In this document: positions 44,011 to 55,832 of the stretch, piece after piece | Layout of the letters: every line of letters begins with the position of its first letter | How positions within the stretch are numbered: position 1 is the stretch's first letter | Source: Cyanidioschyzon merolae | Lineage: Eukaryota | Length of the DNA stretch: 64,000 bases | Assembly: GCA_000091205.1 (NCBI GenBank) | Contig: AP006483.2 | Strand: one strand, 5' to 3' | Translations under genes and position numbers: made by a program | Notes under the pieces: model-generated | What the model was told of the DNA's origin: nothing | The model's input: only the letters and a program-made list of their open reading frames with translations | The model's database searches: none

Positions 44011-45410
44011 ACATCCGTCCCGTATCGCTGTTGCTGCGAGGAAACAGCTCGCTCACGGATTCCAAAGCGTCCCCAACGTTCCAAGAGTCAGGTGCTGCCG
44101 TGCGCAGATTCCATGGTACGTAGACATTGCGAGTGACTCGCGCGCACCCCGGCCGTCGGATGCCAATGAGGATCCCCGTACCCACACCTATACCCAATTC
44201 AAACTCGGTGAGAAATGAAGGCATCGGCACGCGCTCGACACCAGATGTGCGTTATGCGCAGTGTTGTCGGGAAAAGCTGCACGCAGCTGAACACTGTCAC
44301 CAGTACCGCTGCCTGAGATGTGCACGGTCCCGCGAATCTTGTGCCCCGCGCTACGTTACGGAGATTGACTTTGGCCCATCGGCAGCGACCTTCAACATGA
44401 CAGGTCCAGCTACCCGGATATGCACCCGAGTCCAGCGATTCATGCGCCCTGCCACTGGTGGATACCGAGCACCGGCCCGCATCACGAACCGACAGCGCAT
44501 TCACACACGAGAGAACGACATGAAAACTCGGTACCCAGCATTCGCCCTCATCGCGGGTCTGCCCCAAGGCGGCGCGCTGTGGAGGCAGGCCTATATTCGC
44601 AGGGTGCACCAGAACAATCTCACGATGAAGCCCGAGTCGGTGCAATACGAACCACACCTCAGTCCGGAGCGTCGCGTCAGTGAACTGACAGAGCCGTACG
44701 CGCTCCATGCTACTGCATCCACACCTGCACTATACCGCCGCTATAGCGAATACACACAGCCGGCACCCAGCACATACACACACACACAAGCACGTGAAAA
44801 ATAACCGGTACCTCCGAGGCCCAGAATGGAGTCTGGAATCTGTACGTACGGTGTGCTACCAGCCATGGACGCTTCACCATACGCTAAGACCAAGCGTGCA
44901 ATCAAGAGTTCCTAGATTGGCCTCCTTACGTATGTGTATATAAAGAGAAGCATCGCCCGTCGATCGCCTCGACTTGAAAACGCGGCATCTGCGATGCGCC
45001 GCTGCGGCGCTTGCGACGTCGCCGCAGCTTCTTGACGCGGTAGCGCACCTGAGTGTGTGTTTCACTACGCGAAAAGGTATTGCTCGCTCATTTACCGAGC
45101 GTTCGTTTCCCAAGAGTCGACGAACCCCACGTAAATTGATCCGTATTGGACCTGAGAGTACAGGTCTGGGGCTTACCGACTGTAATCAGGCCACATCGAA
45201 AGAAAATACTTACGTACTCAAGGCAGTTCCCGGGCGAGCGTTTGCTTTGGACCTGACTGGTGCGGCGCTGTCGTCGTGTCGTTTTTACCGCTTCACCAAC
45301 GCTCATTAACCGAGATCGGCTTACCTAGCCGTCTTGGTAGCGAGTAGAGACGCCTCGGGATATCGAGAATTCCCGACAAGGTACCTGCACTCGCCAGCCC
45401 GTGCCGACGC

Positions 45411-47096
45411 TTGATCGAGGCAAGCGACTCGAAAGGCACGCAGCGCACGCGGGAACGCTCCAGGATGCCGTCTCCAGCTCTTACGCTGTCGTTCGTATGC
45501 GCATCTGCGTGGCTCTCGGATCGACATAACATCAGCACGTTCTGTTGTGGGCAGACAGGGCGCGCTTCTACGAAGCCTGCGCGTGGACCTCGAGGCCTTG
45601 GTTACCCGCGATCAGTCGGGAACGCGCAACCGCTGAGGTTCATAAACGCCAATCTGCCTGATCCGCGGACCAAGCCCCTGGCGTCGCATCACGAGAGCGT
45701 TCGTTCGGAGGACGAGCTTCGTCTAGAGCCTATACGTCGACTCCAGGGCGATGTCTACCTCCCCGGATCGAAATCGCTCTCCAATAGAGTTCTCTTGCTC
45801 GCGGCCTTGTGCGGTGATGGAGCGGATACGCCCCAGATCCGGGTCGAAAATCTGCTCTTTTCCGATGACGTCTGGGCCATGATTCGAGCGCTGGAATCGC
45901 TGGGGATTCCTGTCGAAGTCGACGAACACAACCGAACAGCAGTCGTCACCGGTTGTGGTGGCCGCATCCCGCGACGTAAGCCCGTCATCGAACTCCATCT
46001 AGGAAATGCTGGAACCGCAATGCGCCCTTTAACTGCCGTATTATGCGCGGTTGCGCCACCTGATCCATCGCTATCGGAACAGATCTTCGTCCTCGACGGT
46101 GTACCGCGTATGCGAGAGCGACCTATCCAGGATTTGGTCGAAGCGCTGCAGCAACTCGGTTGCGATGTGCAATGTGTTTTGGGTACCGGCTGTCCGCCAG
46201 TGCGCATTCGCCGCACCGGGGCGTTTCCAGGCGGTAGAGCTTCGGTGAGCGGCAAGATCAGCAGTCAGTATCTCAGTGCGTTGTTGATGGCGGCCCCGCT
46301 GGCGCGCAATCAAGACGTGGAACTCGAAATCCGCGATACACTCGTCTCTGTGCCGTATGTGGAAATGACCGTGAAGCTCATGCAGAAATTTGGGGTTACC
46401 GTGCACCAAGAGCACCGTGTCCTGCCTGATGGGCGCGAATCGCGCCGCTACCGGGTTCCGGCGCGGCAGGAATACCGACCGCCAACCCATCACTGCATCA
46501 TGGTTGAGGGCGATGCTTCCTCGGCTTCGTACTTCCTCGCAGGTGCCGCCATTACCGGTGGCGATGTACAAGTTCATGGATGTGGATCCGCTTCAGTTCA
46601 AGGTGATGTGCGCTTCGCCCAGATTCTTGAAAAAATGGGGGCCAAAGTGTCCTGGTCTCCGGACTCGATTCGCCTTCAACGCGAACCGGGACAAGTGCTT
46701 CACGGCGTCGATGTGGACTGCGGCGATATCCCGGATGCAGCCATGACGCTTGCCGTGGTCGCACTCTTTGCCAGAGGCCGTACTGCGATTCGCAACGTTT
46801 ACAACTGGCGAGTGAAAGAAACAGAACGCATGCGGGCAATTGTGACGGAATTGGGCAAACTCGGTGCCCGGGTCGAGGAAGGCCACGACTACTGTATCAT
46901 TGACCCGCCGCAGCCGGGCGCGCTTCACGCAAACGTGTCCATCGCGACCTACGACGACCATCGGATGGCGATGGCATTCGCGCTCGTGGCATGCGGGGGC
47001 GTCCCGGTGCGTATCCAAAACCCGAGCTGCGTCCGAAAGACGTTTCCTGACTATTTCCAAGTACTACGATCGGTATCCGTTTTTGAAAGCACGTGA
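45411..47096 (+). CDS. 3-phosphoshikimate 1-carboxyvinyltransferase (EPSP synthase), monofunctional, with ~100-aa N-terminal presequence
   Basis: 561 aa. EPSPS signature 1 is '[17 protein letters not shown]' and signature 2 is '[13 protein letters not shown]'. Also conserved are '[18 protein letters not shown]' and a C-terminal '[25 protein letters not shown]' (RxKExxR). The mature domain starts near '[20 protein letters not shown]'. The preceding ~100 aa are Ser/Arg-rich and non-homologous, consistent with an organellar (plastid-type) transit peptide. Confidence 0.9.
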   Translation: MIEASDSKGTQRTRERSRMPSPALTLSFVCASAWLSDRHNISTFCCGQTGRASTKPARGPRGLGYPRSVGNAQPLRFINANLPDPRTKPLASHHESVRSEDELRLEPIRRLQGDVYLPGSKSLSNRVLLLAALCGDGADTPQIRVENLLFSDDVWAMIRALESLGIPVEVDEHNRTAVVTGCGGRIPRRKPVIELHLGNAGTAMRPLTAVLCAVAPPDPSLSEQIFVLDGVPRMRERPIQDLVEALQQLGCDVQCVLGTGCPPVRIRRTGAFPGGRASVSGKISSQYLSALLMAAPLARNQDVELEIRDTLVSVPYVEMTVKLMQKFGVTVHQEHRVLPDGRESRRYRVPARQEYRPPTHHCIMVEGDASSASYFLAGAAITGGDVQVHGCGSASVQGDVRFAQILEKMGAKVSWSPDSIRLQREPGQVLHGVDVDCGDIPDAAMTLAVVALFARGRTAIRNVYNWRVKETERMRAIVTELGKLGARVEEGHDYCIIDPPQPGALHANVSIATYDDHRMAMAFALVACGGVPVRIQNPSCVRKTFPDYFQVLRSVSVFEST

Positions 47097-47861
47097 CGAA
47101 GATCGCCACGAGTCAACGCGGGCGCCTCGAGCATCGCGGATACGAGCTAGCGCCACTGCAGTGCAGTGTACTGTAGTGTAGCGTTATGAAGCGTTGCATT
47201 GCGGTGTGGAGCTCGTACATTCCCCGGATATCAAGGATGCCTATCCATAACATCCGTACACGATCCGTGCGTGGAATTAGAGCATCGTGCGCTGCCGATG
47301 GTGACAATTCGCAGCTGCGCGCATGCGTGCAAATCATCGGCTGTGGATGCCATGCACGCTATGTGATGCACCAGGCATCAAGGATGCTTGATGATTCTAT
47401 CCGATTTCTGGTGATCGACGCACGGATTGCTATGCGATGCACCAGGCATGTGTGGTGCAGATTGCGCGACTGTGCGTGCCCGTCACGCATTGCAGGCGGC
47501 AGCGGCGCAGGGCATGGGGGAAACGTCGTGTTCCCGGATGCAACGTAGACGAGTATGCATGAATACGTAAAATTTGCACTGTGGATGATCTTGGTAACGT
47601 ACGTCATGAATCAGCAGATGCAAACGTGCGGCGCTCTACGATCGTAGGCACCTTTACAAACAAAGCGAGTCAGGTGCGATTAGCCGGGATAAAGGCGGAG
47701 AGTGCGCGTTCGCCATGGCGCGGGCACTGACACATACACGCATGCACCTAATCACATACGCAAGTGCGTTGCTTAAAGGCACCATATGAATCAACTTGCG
47801 TCTGGGTCACGTGGCGATGCCCGTACGAAAGCAAGTGTTCGTGAAGCGTCTGGAACGTCGC

Positions 47862-49994
47862 TCAGGAGGACTGGTTTTTGAGATGCTGCAGCGCATCGGC
47901 AGCGATCTGTTCCTCCCAAGAGGCCGTGCCATAGGCTCTGCTTGTTCGAGCGATACCGGGCACGTTTTGCTCACCAGCAATGTCATTCGCATCTGCTCGT
48001 TTGCCGGCAGGCAGGCGCAAGATGGCGCCGTTCCGGAGCCCGGCATTCACCGCGGAAAAGGATGCTATGTTTGCTGCCGTAGCAGCGGCTCGAGGCGGCG
48101 GTGTCGACGGCGTCGACAGCAGCTGCGGCCTGCCCCGCAGTGTCGGGTACTGACGGTACATTGCCTCGCTCAGATCGATGGCGCGCGGGTTATTCGCGGT
48201 TGCTTCCGGGTAGTCGGTCATGGGCGGGTAGAAAAACGCCGGATTCCGAACATCGGCGACGTTCATGAACGTCTGAGGCGCTCCGCGGACGCCCAGCCTC
48301 ATGCCCGTCGTGGCGGTTGTAGCGGTGATGGCGGCGGACTCTTGCGGCGCTGTTAGCGCACACGTCTTGCATGGCGACACAAGCGATGCCATACCAACAA
48401 CCGTGCCGGCAGACGCGTACGACGGCGAGGCGCATAAAGCGCCCGGCGAGTGACCCGAATCCAGTCGGCGACGTTGGCCGGACAAGACCACTCTTGACGC
48501 GTTCCGCTTGGACATCCTGGTCATCGACGATGCGCGTCCGATGCCAGCAACACCATTGCGCTGTCGAGCACGCTGTTCCGGTAGGGACGCCCGATCAGCC
48601 AAACTCGCTGGAGCCGATAATGATGATGGTGATGGTGATGGACTCGCCTCGGAACTGCGATGCGACTGCGGCGAATGCCGGTGCCATGCTTCCATATTCG
48701 ACGGGGAATCATTCGAGACTTCATGCTCGGATCGCTCAGACTCGCATCCGGTTCGCAGGTTGCCACCGGATGGCGACGCCACAGGTGACCTGTGCGGCGT
48801 CCCCGTGTCCGTTGCCATAAAGCTGTTGCGCAACTTGGCCGTCGGAGTTCGTGGCGACGACTCCACTGTGGAACCGTTGGATGTTTGAGCATATGACGTT
48901 CGCCTGCTCGTCTCAGAGCGCTTCGCACGATGTGACTTGCTGGAACCCGTTGACTGCGCATTCGACTCGCCTGGTGTTCGTTTCCGTAACGATTGGACCT
49001 TTTCTAAAATGCCCTCGAGTCCAATGTTCCGCACGCTTTCCTCAGAAAGCAGTCCGGATTCTACCACGCCAACGAGAGAGCTCTTGGTAGGCGTGCCGCT
49101 TGCACCCTTCTGGTGCGAGAACGATATACCAAGCTCAGCGAGCACGAGCCGCTCGCGCGCCTGACTGAGCTCAGCGCTTCCCTCAAAGTTGCGACAGTTC
49201 GAACATCGGCAGGATGCGCTGCAGTACACGCCATTCTGGAAACACTCGCAGTATTTTTTGAGACAGAGGCTGCGCAAGCACGAGCATCCCTTAATATGCT
49301 GCGCGTGACGTTGCGTCGTCGTTCCGGTCGTTCTCGGTTGCGTGCTCGTGCTGGAGGCCTCCTCATTCGGAACCTGTTCCTGGACAGGTTCCGAAGAATC
49401 CTCCGGTGCAACGTCCGCGGACTTGGCGGCAGCAGCAGTAGCAGCACAATTTTGTCTCGATGCCGTATCCTTGCTGCTGGTATCGTATTCGAGGGTAACC
49501 ACCTTGGAACGGAACGCGTGCGGGTTACGTTCAAGCGAGGTCCGGATCGCGTTCTGTCGTAGCGTGTCGTATGCAGGCAGATTCAAACAGTTTGTGCAGT
49601 GACAGCCGTTGCAGTACGTTCCAGCAGCAAAACAGTCGCAATAAAGTTTCAAGCACTTGGAGTTTTTGCAGTTGCACGGTTTCCGCGGCCGCGTGACACT
49701 CCCGCCCTCCAGAGCGTTACTCGAGAGTCCCGGGGACGCCACCGCGCTCTTGCGCAGGGCGCTGAGCAGAAGCGCTTCACCAGAACCTTTGGATGGCGTT
49801 TGTGGTGAGGTACTGGGCGTGCTCGCCGGTGCAGCACGAGAAACGTCCGCCGGCGAGGCGAACACCGGCTGCGACGCTCGGCGTTCAACATCACCGTCGA
49901 CCTCTCGTGACAAAGCGTCACCCGGCTCTTGTCCAAAGCTCCGCTTCTTCTCCTCTTCAACAGGTACTCGATCCGAATCAGTCATCAGGAACAC
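47862..49994 (-). CDS. CXC/CRC-domain protein (Tesmin/TSO1/LIN54 family; DREAM/MuvB-type DNA-binding protein)
   Basis: 710 aa with two Cys-rich CXC modules, 'CNCKNSKCLKLYCDCFAAGTYCNGCHCTNCLN' and 'CSCLRSLCLKKYCECFQNGVYCSASCRCSNCRN' (both C-x-C-x4-C-x3-YC-x-C-x6-C-x3-C-x-C-x2-C). They are separated by a short linker, as in LIN54/TSO1. The rest is Ser/Pro/Ala-rich low complexity. Confidence 0.75.
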   Translation of the reverse strand: MFLMTDSDRVPVEEEKKRSFGQEPGDALSREVDGDVERRASQPVFASPADVSRAAPASTPSTSPQTPSKGSGEALLLSALRKSAVASPGLSSNALEGGSVTRPRKPCNCKNSKCLKLYCDCFAAGTYCNGCHCTNCLNLPAYDTLRQNAIRTSLERNPHAFRSKVVTLEYDTSSKDTASRQNCAATAAAAKSADVAPEDSSEPVQEQVPNEEASSTSTQPRTTGTTTQRHAQHIKGCSCLRSLCLKKYCECFQNGVYCSASCRCSNCRNFEGSAELSQARERLVLAELGISFSHQKGASGTPTKSSLVGVVESGLLSEESVRNIGLEGILEKVQSLRKRTPGESNAQSTGSSKSHRAKRSETSRRTSYAQTSNGSTVESSPRTPTAKLRNSFMATDTGTPHRSPVASPSGGNLRTGCESERSEHEVSNDSPSNMEAWHRHSPQSHRSSEASPSPSPSSLSAPASLADRASLPEQRARQRNGVAGIGRASSMTRMSKRNASRVVLSGQRRRLDSGHSPGALCASPSYASAGTVVGMASLVSPCKTCALTAPQESAAITATTATTGMRLGVRGAPQTFMNVADVRNPAFFYPPMTDYPEATANNPRAIDLSEAMYRQYPTLRGRPQLLSTPSTPPPRAAATAANIASFSAVNAGLRNGAILRLPAGKRADANDIAGEQNVPGIARTSRAYGTASWEEQIAADALQHLKNQSS

Positions 49995-52900
49995 GAAAAC
50001 GAACCGTTCACCAGGGATATAGAGGCGACCCGCTCCTCCACGGGCTCTGACGTTCTCGCGAGAGCCGCGGGTACGAACCCGCGTTACCGCAAGCGGCTTT
50101 GAACTTTCAAAACTTGAAAGGAATCCCTAATCCCCGGCCAACGGCACTTAAGGGAATACCCTCCGTTAGATGCGCGGACCGATGCGGAATCGATGCATAG
50201 GGCGCGGCGCACTGCAAGAGCTGCGCTTGCGTGAACGTGTGACCTGCGCACCCCTGCCGCCGGCAAATCCCTTAATTCAAGATCCCGCGCAGACGCTGCA
50301 ACGTCCGGCGATGCCCCTTCTCCCGATGACAAAACGTTGACCTTGACTATTGGATGGTAGAATGCGGGATGGGTATTGGCTTTCGGGACAGTAACCACCA
50401 TGCTGCATCCTATCTTCAAGTTCCATTACTTGTTCTCGGATGTACTCTTCATTTCATGGGTTCTATCGTGCGCCAAGTGCCTGTAGTTCGTTTCCTTTGT
50501 CGCGATGGCGGCGCAGGTGCGGATGGTACAGCACAGAGCGATGACGACTCTGTCAAGCTACTGTGAAGATTCGGATTGAGGCCTCATTCAATTCATGCCG
50601 CGTCATGTTTCGTCGTCAGCTTGCATACAGAAACTCTGCATAGGCGGGCCTGCCTTCGAGAAACGAAGCGTCTGAATGCCCCTCGAGATGTGCATGAATC
50701 CCGGGGGGTCCGTGCTACCCCCTTGCGATCGCGTGTGCGCAATGCATCGTCCGTTCGCGAAAGGGAACGATTGCTCGGTACCTACCCGAGAGGAGGTGTA
50801 CGTATCGCTGGGCCCACGTACGCAACTGGTTCGCGGGACCTTTCATTCAGAAGATCGTGCGTGTGTTTTTGTCGCGACCCGAGGGCGTTGCGGCTCGGAT
50901 GCAGACCCATCAGTTGCCAGGTCCGTACTCAGCCGGTGTCGTCTCGCGTTACCTTCTATGGTGACACCCAGAAGCTGTCGTCCCTCAAAGAGGAGGCTGC
51001 GTTCCAGATACCATCGTGGTCGCTGTATGCGCACGTGTATCGGAGTCTCAGCGTTCGCATCCTGACACCAGGTGCCGTATGACTCGTACTGTGTGCATCC
51101 AGAGTTCCGACACGACTCAGAGACAGGGCGTGCGGGCGAGCCGAACCCCCGTCGATGCGAACTTTGGCGAGCCGACGGGTGCATCGAGCAAGCTCCAGGG
51201 ATCCGAGCGCCTCCCGCCAGTACTCGCGTGTACTTTCCAGATCGTAATCCCAAAGTAATATCCAGTCACCGTTTACGACAAGACTGTTGCCAAAATGATT
51301 CGTAGACCGCAGGTTGTAGGCATTCGGAGCCTCGTTATAAAATAACAGCGGACGACTAGAGTGTATGTTCGCCGGCGAGGCGCTTCACCCAGATCTGAGT
51401 CGACTCTACCCGAGTACGCCTGCGATGCAATCGCGTGGATGGGATTATCCTGCCACGCTAGGCGCGCTTGCTGGGCACTGTAACCCATGAGCGTACTCGG
51501 CCAGTCATCCCGACTGCCGAATGAACGAAATAACTAGTTTTGCATGCCACCAGGGTCGCGCTGGAAATACACCACACGCCCTCAGCTGTCCAGCAGCCAA
51601 CTTGCACCACAGATGCCCCAGGCACGCCTCGCCGTCTCCGAAGCGCATGCCTGGGTGACCAGCGTCATTGGCGCATCAGCAGGGAACGAAACGCAATGCA
51701 CCCGTCTATCCTATCGCCTGGAAATGGCAACAAATGCATACATACGCGGATGTCAGATGAAATCCAGTCCTTTTGGGCGCCGTGAGCATTGCCTCCGCGT
51801 CGCAGCGGATCACGCCAACCCGATGGGATCCATATGCACGAGAACGTTGTGCTCGATATCCGCACAAAACCTCACGATGCTCTTCATCCATCTCTATGCA
51901 TACGTGCCGCTACGTGATCGACGCACACGATGATACCCGTTCTGGAGCAGGTATCGTAACCGTTCGGGAACTCGAAAGCAAGCATCCGAGGCAGGGCCGC
52001 ATGAAGCGCAACCTCTCGCCAAGTAGGTGTGTTGCGGGCAACGCACGCCCGTTCTTTGGTGCGAGCGATGCATCGGTAGCGTTCGTCTGTCAACCGTATC
52101 CCGCATCCGCCACTGATCTGGGATTCCTCCGACAGAGGACGCGTCGAAAGGCCTCGGACGCACCAGCGATGCAGGTCAGCGCGACGATGCCGACGATGCC
52201 TCTCATGTTGTCGAGTGACAGCGTACCACGGGGCGTTGCCTGGCGTGCCTGCTCTGGTGTGCTCCGGGGCGCCAAGAGTTGAATGTACTCCCATACCAAC
52301 CGAATGCCTGAGTGTCGTTCAGACAGACCTGCTGTATTGGGACGCTTCGGGTCGTTTGTTGTACCGGCCTCGACTTGAACGCGTCGCCACCCTTCGATCC
52401 ATTCTTCTGCCATGCATCAAGCAGCAGCGGTACGACGGTACCAGAGCAGCGCTATCAACGCTTTCGCCCGCAAACGCACCTTGTGGAGTACCCGTTTCAT
52501 CTGGCGCAAGTACTGCTTCTCGCGTGCCGTGCATAACCTCTGCGGAGGGCGGCGGGGAAGGGGGCCAAAAACTCCTGGTACCCCGCTTCATGGCGCCAGC
52601 TCGTGGACTCGTTCACGCGTGCCCGCTGGTTTGCAGGCTCGAGGCGTGACGGGTAAACTGGGGCCTGCTTCCCGCTCCGAAAGTCGTCTGAACACCGGCG
52701 AGTACCTGGGCAGCAGCTACGCAGCAGCATCGACGCACGATCCCGCGACTGCGCTGTGCTCAACAAACATCAAAACGAGGCACAGACACAAAAGTTGCCT
52801 GGTGAAGACCCGCCAGACCAACACTTCCCCGCACGATAAAAATGGGCGTCAGAACGAGGCAGTCTGCGGTTCATGAAACACGTGGAGGTCTGGAACGGTT

Positions 52901-53321
52901 TCGTGGTTGCCTCCCTGACTGCCCGTAGGCAACGCACGTGCGGAAGCTGCCTGGTTAGATCCGTTGGCCGTTGACAGTGAAAAGAATCAGAACGGGTCTC
53001 CGTTCCGCTGTCTGTTGCGGTCTGTGCTGGTAAATAAACAACAGCGCCATGCTCCAGTACACTTTGAACGCTTTACCGTGGCGACGCGAAAAACACAAGC
53101 TTGATTTCCGGCTCGCCGACTTGCCTTGGAGAAACAATCGGTCCAGCTTTCCGTAGTCTTCCCTTGTCGGCCTCCTATCACTTTCCTGCAGCCGTGACGA
53201 TCAACAACGCCTCAGATACCTGTGTGCTCATGGCATCCCACCGCGCAACAACTGGGCTCCATCTGGGCGTAGCATGCGAGGCACGCGCGACGACTTGTTG
53301 TACCGCGCGCTGCGCTCGTTC

Positions 53322-55832
53322 TCAGAGCGGATGCGCTGATCCCGCTGGACCCGCTTCAGAGCTGGGCAGCGGCGACGACGACGATGACGCTTCTGCCTCT
53401 TTTTCAGACTGCCCAGAGGTGATCCGCGCACGGCGCTGGCGCTGCGCATTCGCCAAACGACGAAGCGCAACCAGCTCCGCAGTTACCGATTCCGCCTCCA
53501 AATTGCGGCCCCAGACGAGCGCATACGAGCTGCTCGGACTCATCCCACAAACGTAGAAGCAGGGCGGAGGCGTAAAGCCGTTAAAACCACCAGCCAGACT
53601 CAGCGTATAGGCACCCATGCCAGTCCACCAGAGCCAGTCACCAATTTGCAGCGGTTGCGGCAGGATGACGTCGCGGCGCACCACGTCGAGGGAATCACAT
53701 GTCGGCCCGAATATCGTGCATCGCACCGGATGCAAGAGGGACGCATCCGTAGCACAGGGTGGAATGGGTTCCGGAAGTAGCAACCTCGGCGTGAACGTTA
53801 CACCGAGCAGCGCTGCATCCTTGAAGCTTCCGTACATACCATCTCCAATATAATAGTCCATACCGCGTTTCAGTGGCGTTGGCGTTGGCGTATCCTTCCC
53901 GTTGACACCGATATGCTTGGGACGTGCGCTGATCACCTGCGTCGCCAAGATCTGTGCTGCACCGATAAAATAGCGGCCTGGCTCGGCGATCACATCGACA
54001 CCGCTGGAGGCCGGAAACAACTCCTCCAGGGCCGGTCCCAAACGAGCAGCAATTTCGGCAAACGAGATCGGCGCGTCACCATCATGGGCTGGGAATCCGC
54101 CACCGATATCGAGAATCGTGAGCGGTTCTCCCAGAATCACCTCTGCCATATCGAAGACTTTGCGAGCATCCTGAAGCGCTTGATAGTAGGCGGCAAAGGA
54201 GCGCGCCCCGCTGCCCACATGGAACGCAACGCCGACGACGCGGACGCCGAGCTCGCGAGCCACGCGTAGCAGCTCCGGCACATCCTCCAGCGACGCTCCA
54301 TACTTGCTGCTCAGGGGGCACAAGGAGTCTTGATCATGCGTTGCGATACGCAGAAGCATCCGCGGCACCGGAATCATGTGTTGGTTATCGGTTCCCAGCG
54401 TACCAGCCGCCGTGCTGCTGCAGCTGCTGCTGCTGCTGGGCTCGTTCGACGGTCCAGGTGCACCTGTCGATCCGCTCGCGTCTGCCACGGGGCCAAATTG
54501 ACTCCCCGCGTGACCAATCGCGATCCCGGCTACTTTGCAGGCGGCCCAGTAGACGTCCCTAACCTTGTACAACTCGAGTTCGTTGTCGAATGTCATTAGG
54601 GACACACCGTGCTTCTCCAGTGCGTAGCGTATTTGTGGAGGTGCCTTACACGGGTTAGCGTATACAATACGCCGGGGGTCAATCCCTGAGCCGCCGAACC
54701 CTACACCGCCGACCGGGAATCCTTTCTCCTTGCCCGACGCCGCCAGCGCTGCGCAGGTATCCATCACCAGATCAATTTCGGTCCGGGACGCACAGTCGAA
54801 GCCGCATCCTAGAGCCGCCAGTACCGCGACAACACAGCGATCGGGGTTGCATTTCACTGCGTAGTGAGGGCGCACGCGCGGCAAGAGTCGCCGAAATTGC
54901 CAATACTGGCGAGCGACATGTCCCAGATCAACCACATAAAATGCCGACAAATCCGGAGACAAACGCGCGTACTGGGCATGGCTTGCGGTCGGTTTCCCGG
55001 TAATGATCGCTCGGGCATAGGCAGCCATCGCTGCCGCGGACGGTGAGATGGTATGGTCTCCACCGATGCGGTGGTTGTCGTGCCCTGAATCGGTTTCCAG
55101 GCCCGTGTCAGACTGCATAATCATTTCCGCCTCTTCTGTCCAGGCATCGGGTTCGCTATTGCCGGCAACCGCAGACGTTCCGGGCGCCGAGCAGGTGTCG
55201 CCGTCCGGCTGGGGCTTGGCTCCGATTCCATCCGTCGTATCTGGATCGAAAGCAGAATGTAGCTCACGAAAGAGTGCCGGCTCTGGGAGCACCAGACGAT
55301 CAATGGCAACGCCGGGCAGCGACGTCATAATCCTTTCCAGAAAATCTTCCTCGGATGGATCCAGGATCTGCAGCAGTTGCTGTTGTTGTTGTTGCTGCTG
55401 TTGCCGCCGCCTCAAAAGTTTCTGTACGAGAACATTTTGCTGTCGAAGACTTTGGGCGATCTGCTCGGATACCGAACGATGAATTCCACTCCCCAGCTTG
55501 CTTTTTCGGCGACTCCCTGGAGACACCGGTAGCGTGTGCTCTACACCATAACCACGAAATGAATACGCCGTGCCATGCACTGGCGCCGAGGACTCGCGCG
55601 TCAGCGACGCTGGCAACGAGCGCGCGACCGACACTTGGCAGTCCCTGTCGCAGCTGCCTGTAAGTGATTCGGCCCAGGGCGTTCGCTTGCCTCTCTGGCA
55701 CTCGACAACGCTGGTTCCCGAAGCTGTCACCATGCTCGATGCCGGAACCCCGTCGTCGGCCACTTCGTCGCCACTGTGCTCCGCTGAAAAGCGCATACGC
55801 AGCGACTTCGCTCGCGAGTCAGATATTTGCAT
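53322..55832 (-). CDS. ODC: ornithine decarboxylase (group IV PLP-dependent decarboxylase) with ~270-330-aa N-terminal extension containing a polyQ tract
   Basis: 836 aa. The Orn/DAP/Arg decarboxylase family-2 PLP site is 'YAVKCNPDRCVVAVLAALGCGFDC' (Lys in 'AVKCN'). The Gly-rich 'ILDIGGGFPA' and the ODC substrate/dimer-interface motif 'EPGRYFIGAA' are present. The extension carries (Q)12 'RRRQQQQQQQQQQLLQ'. In-frame Mets at residues 237/239 and 269 (ATG at plus 55026..55028) would give a ~570-aa protein. An internal Ser/Gly-rich insertion and an ~80-aa Ser-rich C-terminal tail are also present. Confidence 0.85.
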   Translation of the reverse strand: MQISDSRAKSLRMRFSAEHSGDEVADDGVPASSMVTASGTSVVECQRGKRTPWAESLTGSCDRDCQVSVARSLPASLTRESSAPVHGTAYSFRGYGVEHTLPVSPGSRRKSKLGSGIHRSVSEQIAQSLRQQNVLVQKLLRRRQQQQQQQQQLLQILDPSEEDFLERIMTSLPGVAIDRLVLPEPALFRELHSAFDPDTTDGIGAKPQPDGDTCSAPGTSAVAGNSEPDAWTEEAEMIMQSDTGLETDSGHDNHRIGGDHTISPSAAAMAAYARAIITGKPTASHAQYARLSPDLSAFYVVDLGHVARQYWQFRRLLPRVRPHYAVKCNPDRCVVAVLAALGCGFDCASRTEIDLVMDTCAALAASGKEKGFPVGGVGFGGSGIDPRRIVYANPCKAPPQIRYALEKHGVSLMTFDNELELYKVRDVYWAACKVAGIAIGHAGSQFGPVADASGSTGAPGPSNEPSSSSSCSSTAAGTLGTDNQHMIPVPRMLLRIATHDQDSLCPLSSKYGASLEDVPELLRVARELGVRVVGVAFHVGSGARSFAAYYQALQDARKVFDMAEVILGEPLTILDIGGGFPAHDGDAPISFAEIAARLGPALEELFPASSGVDVIAEPGRYFIGAAQILATQVISARPKHIGVNGKDTPTPTPLKRGMDYYIGDGMYGSFKDAALLGVTFTPRLLLPEPIPPCATDASLLHPVRCTIFGPTCDSLDVVRRDVILPQPLQIGDWLWWTGMGAYTLSLAGGFNGFTPPPCFYVCGMSPSSSYALVWGRNLEAESVTAELVALRRLANAQRQRRARITSGQSEKEAEASSSSSPLPSSEAGPAGSAHPL

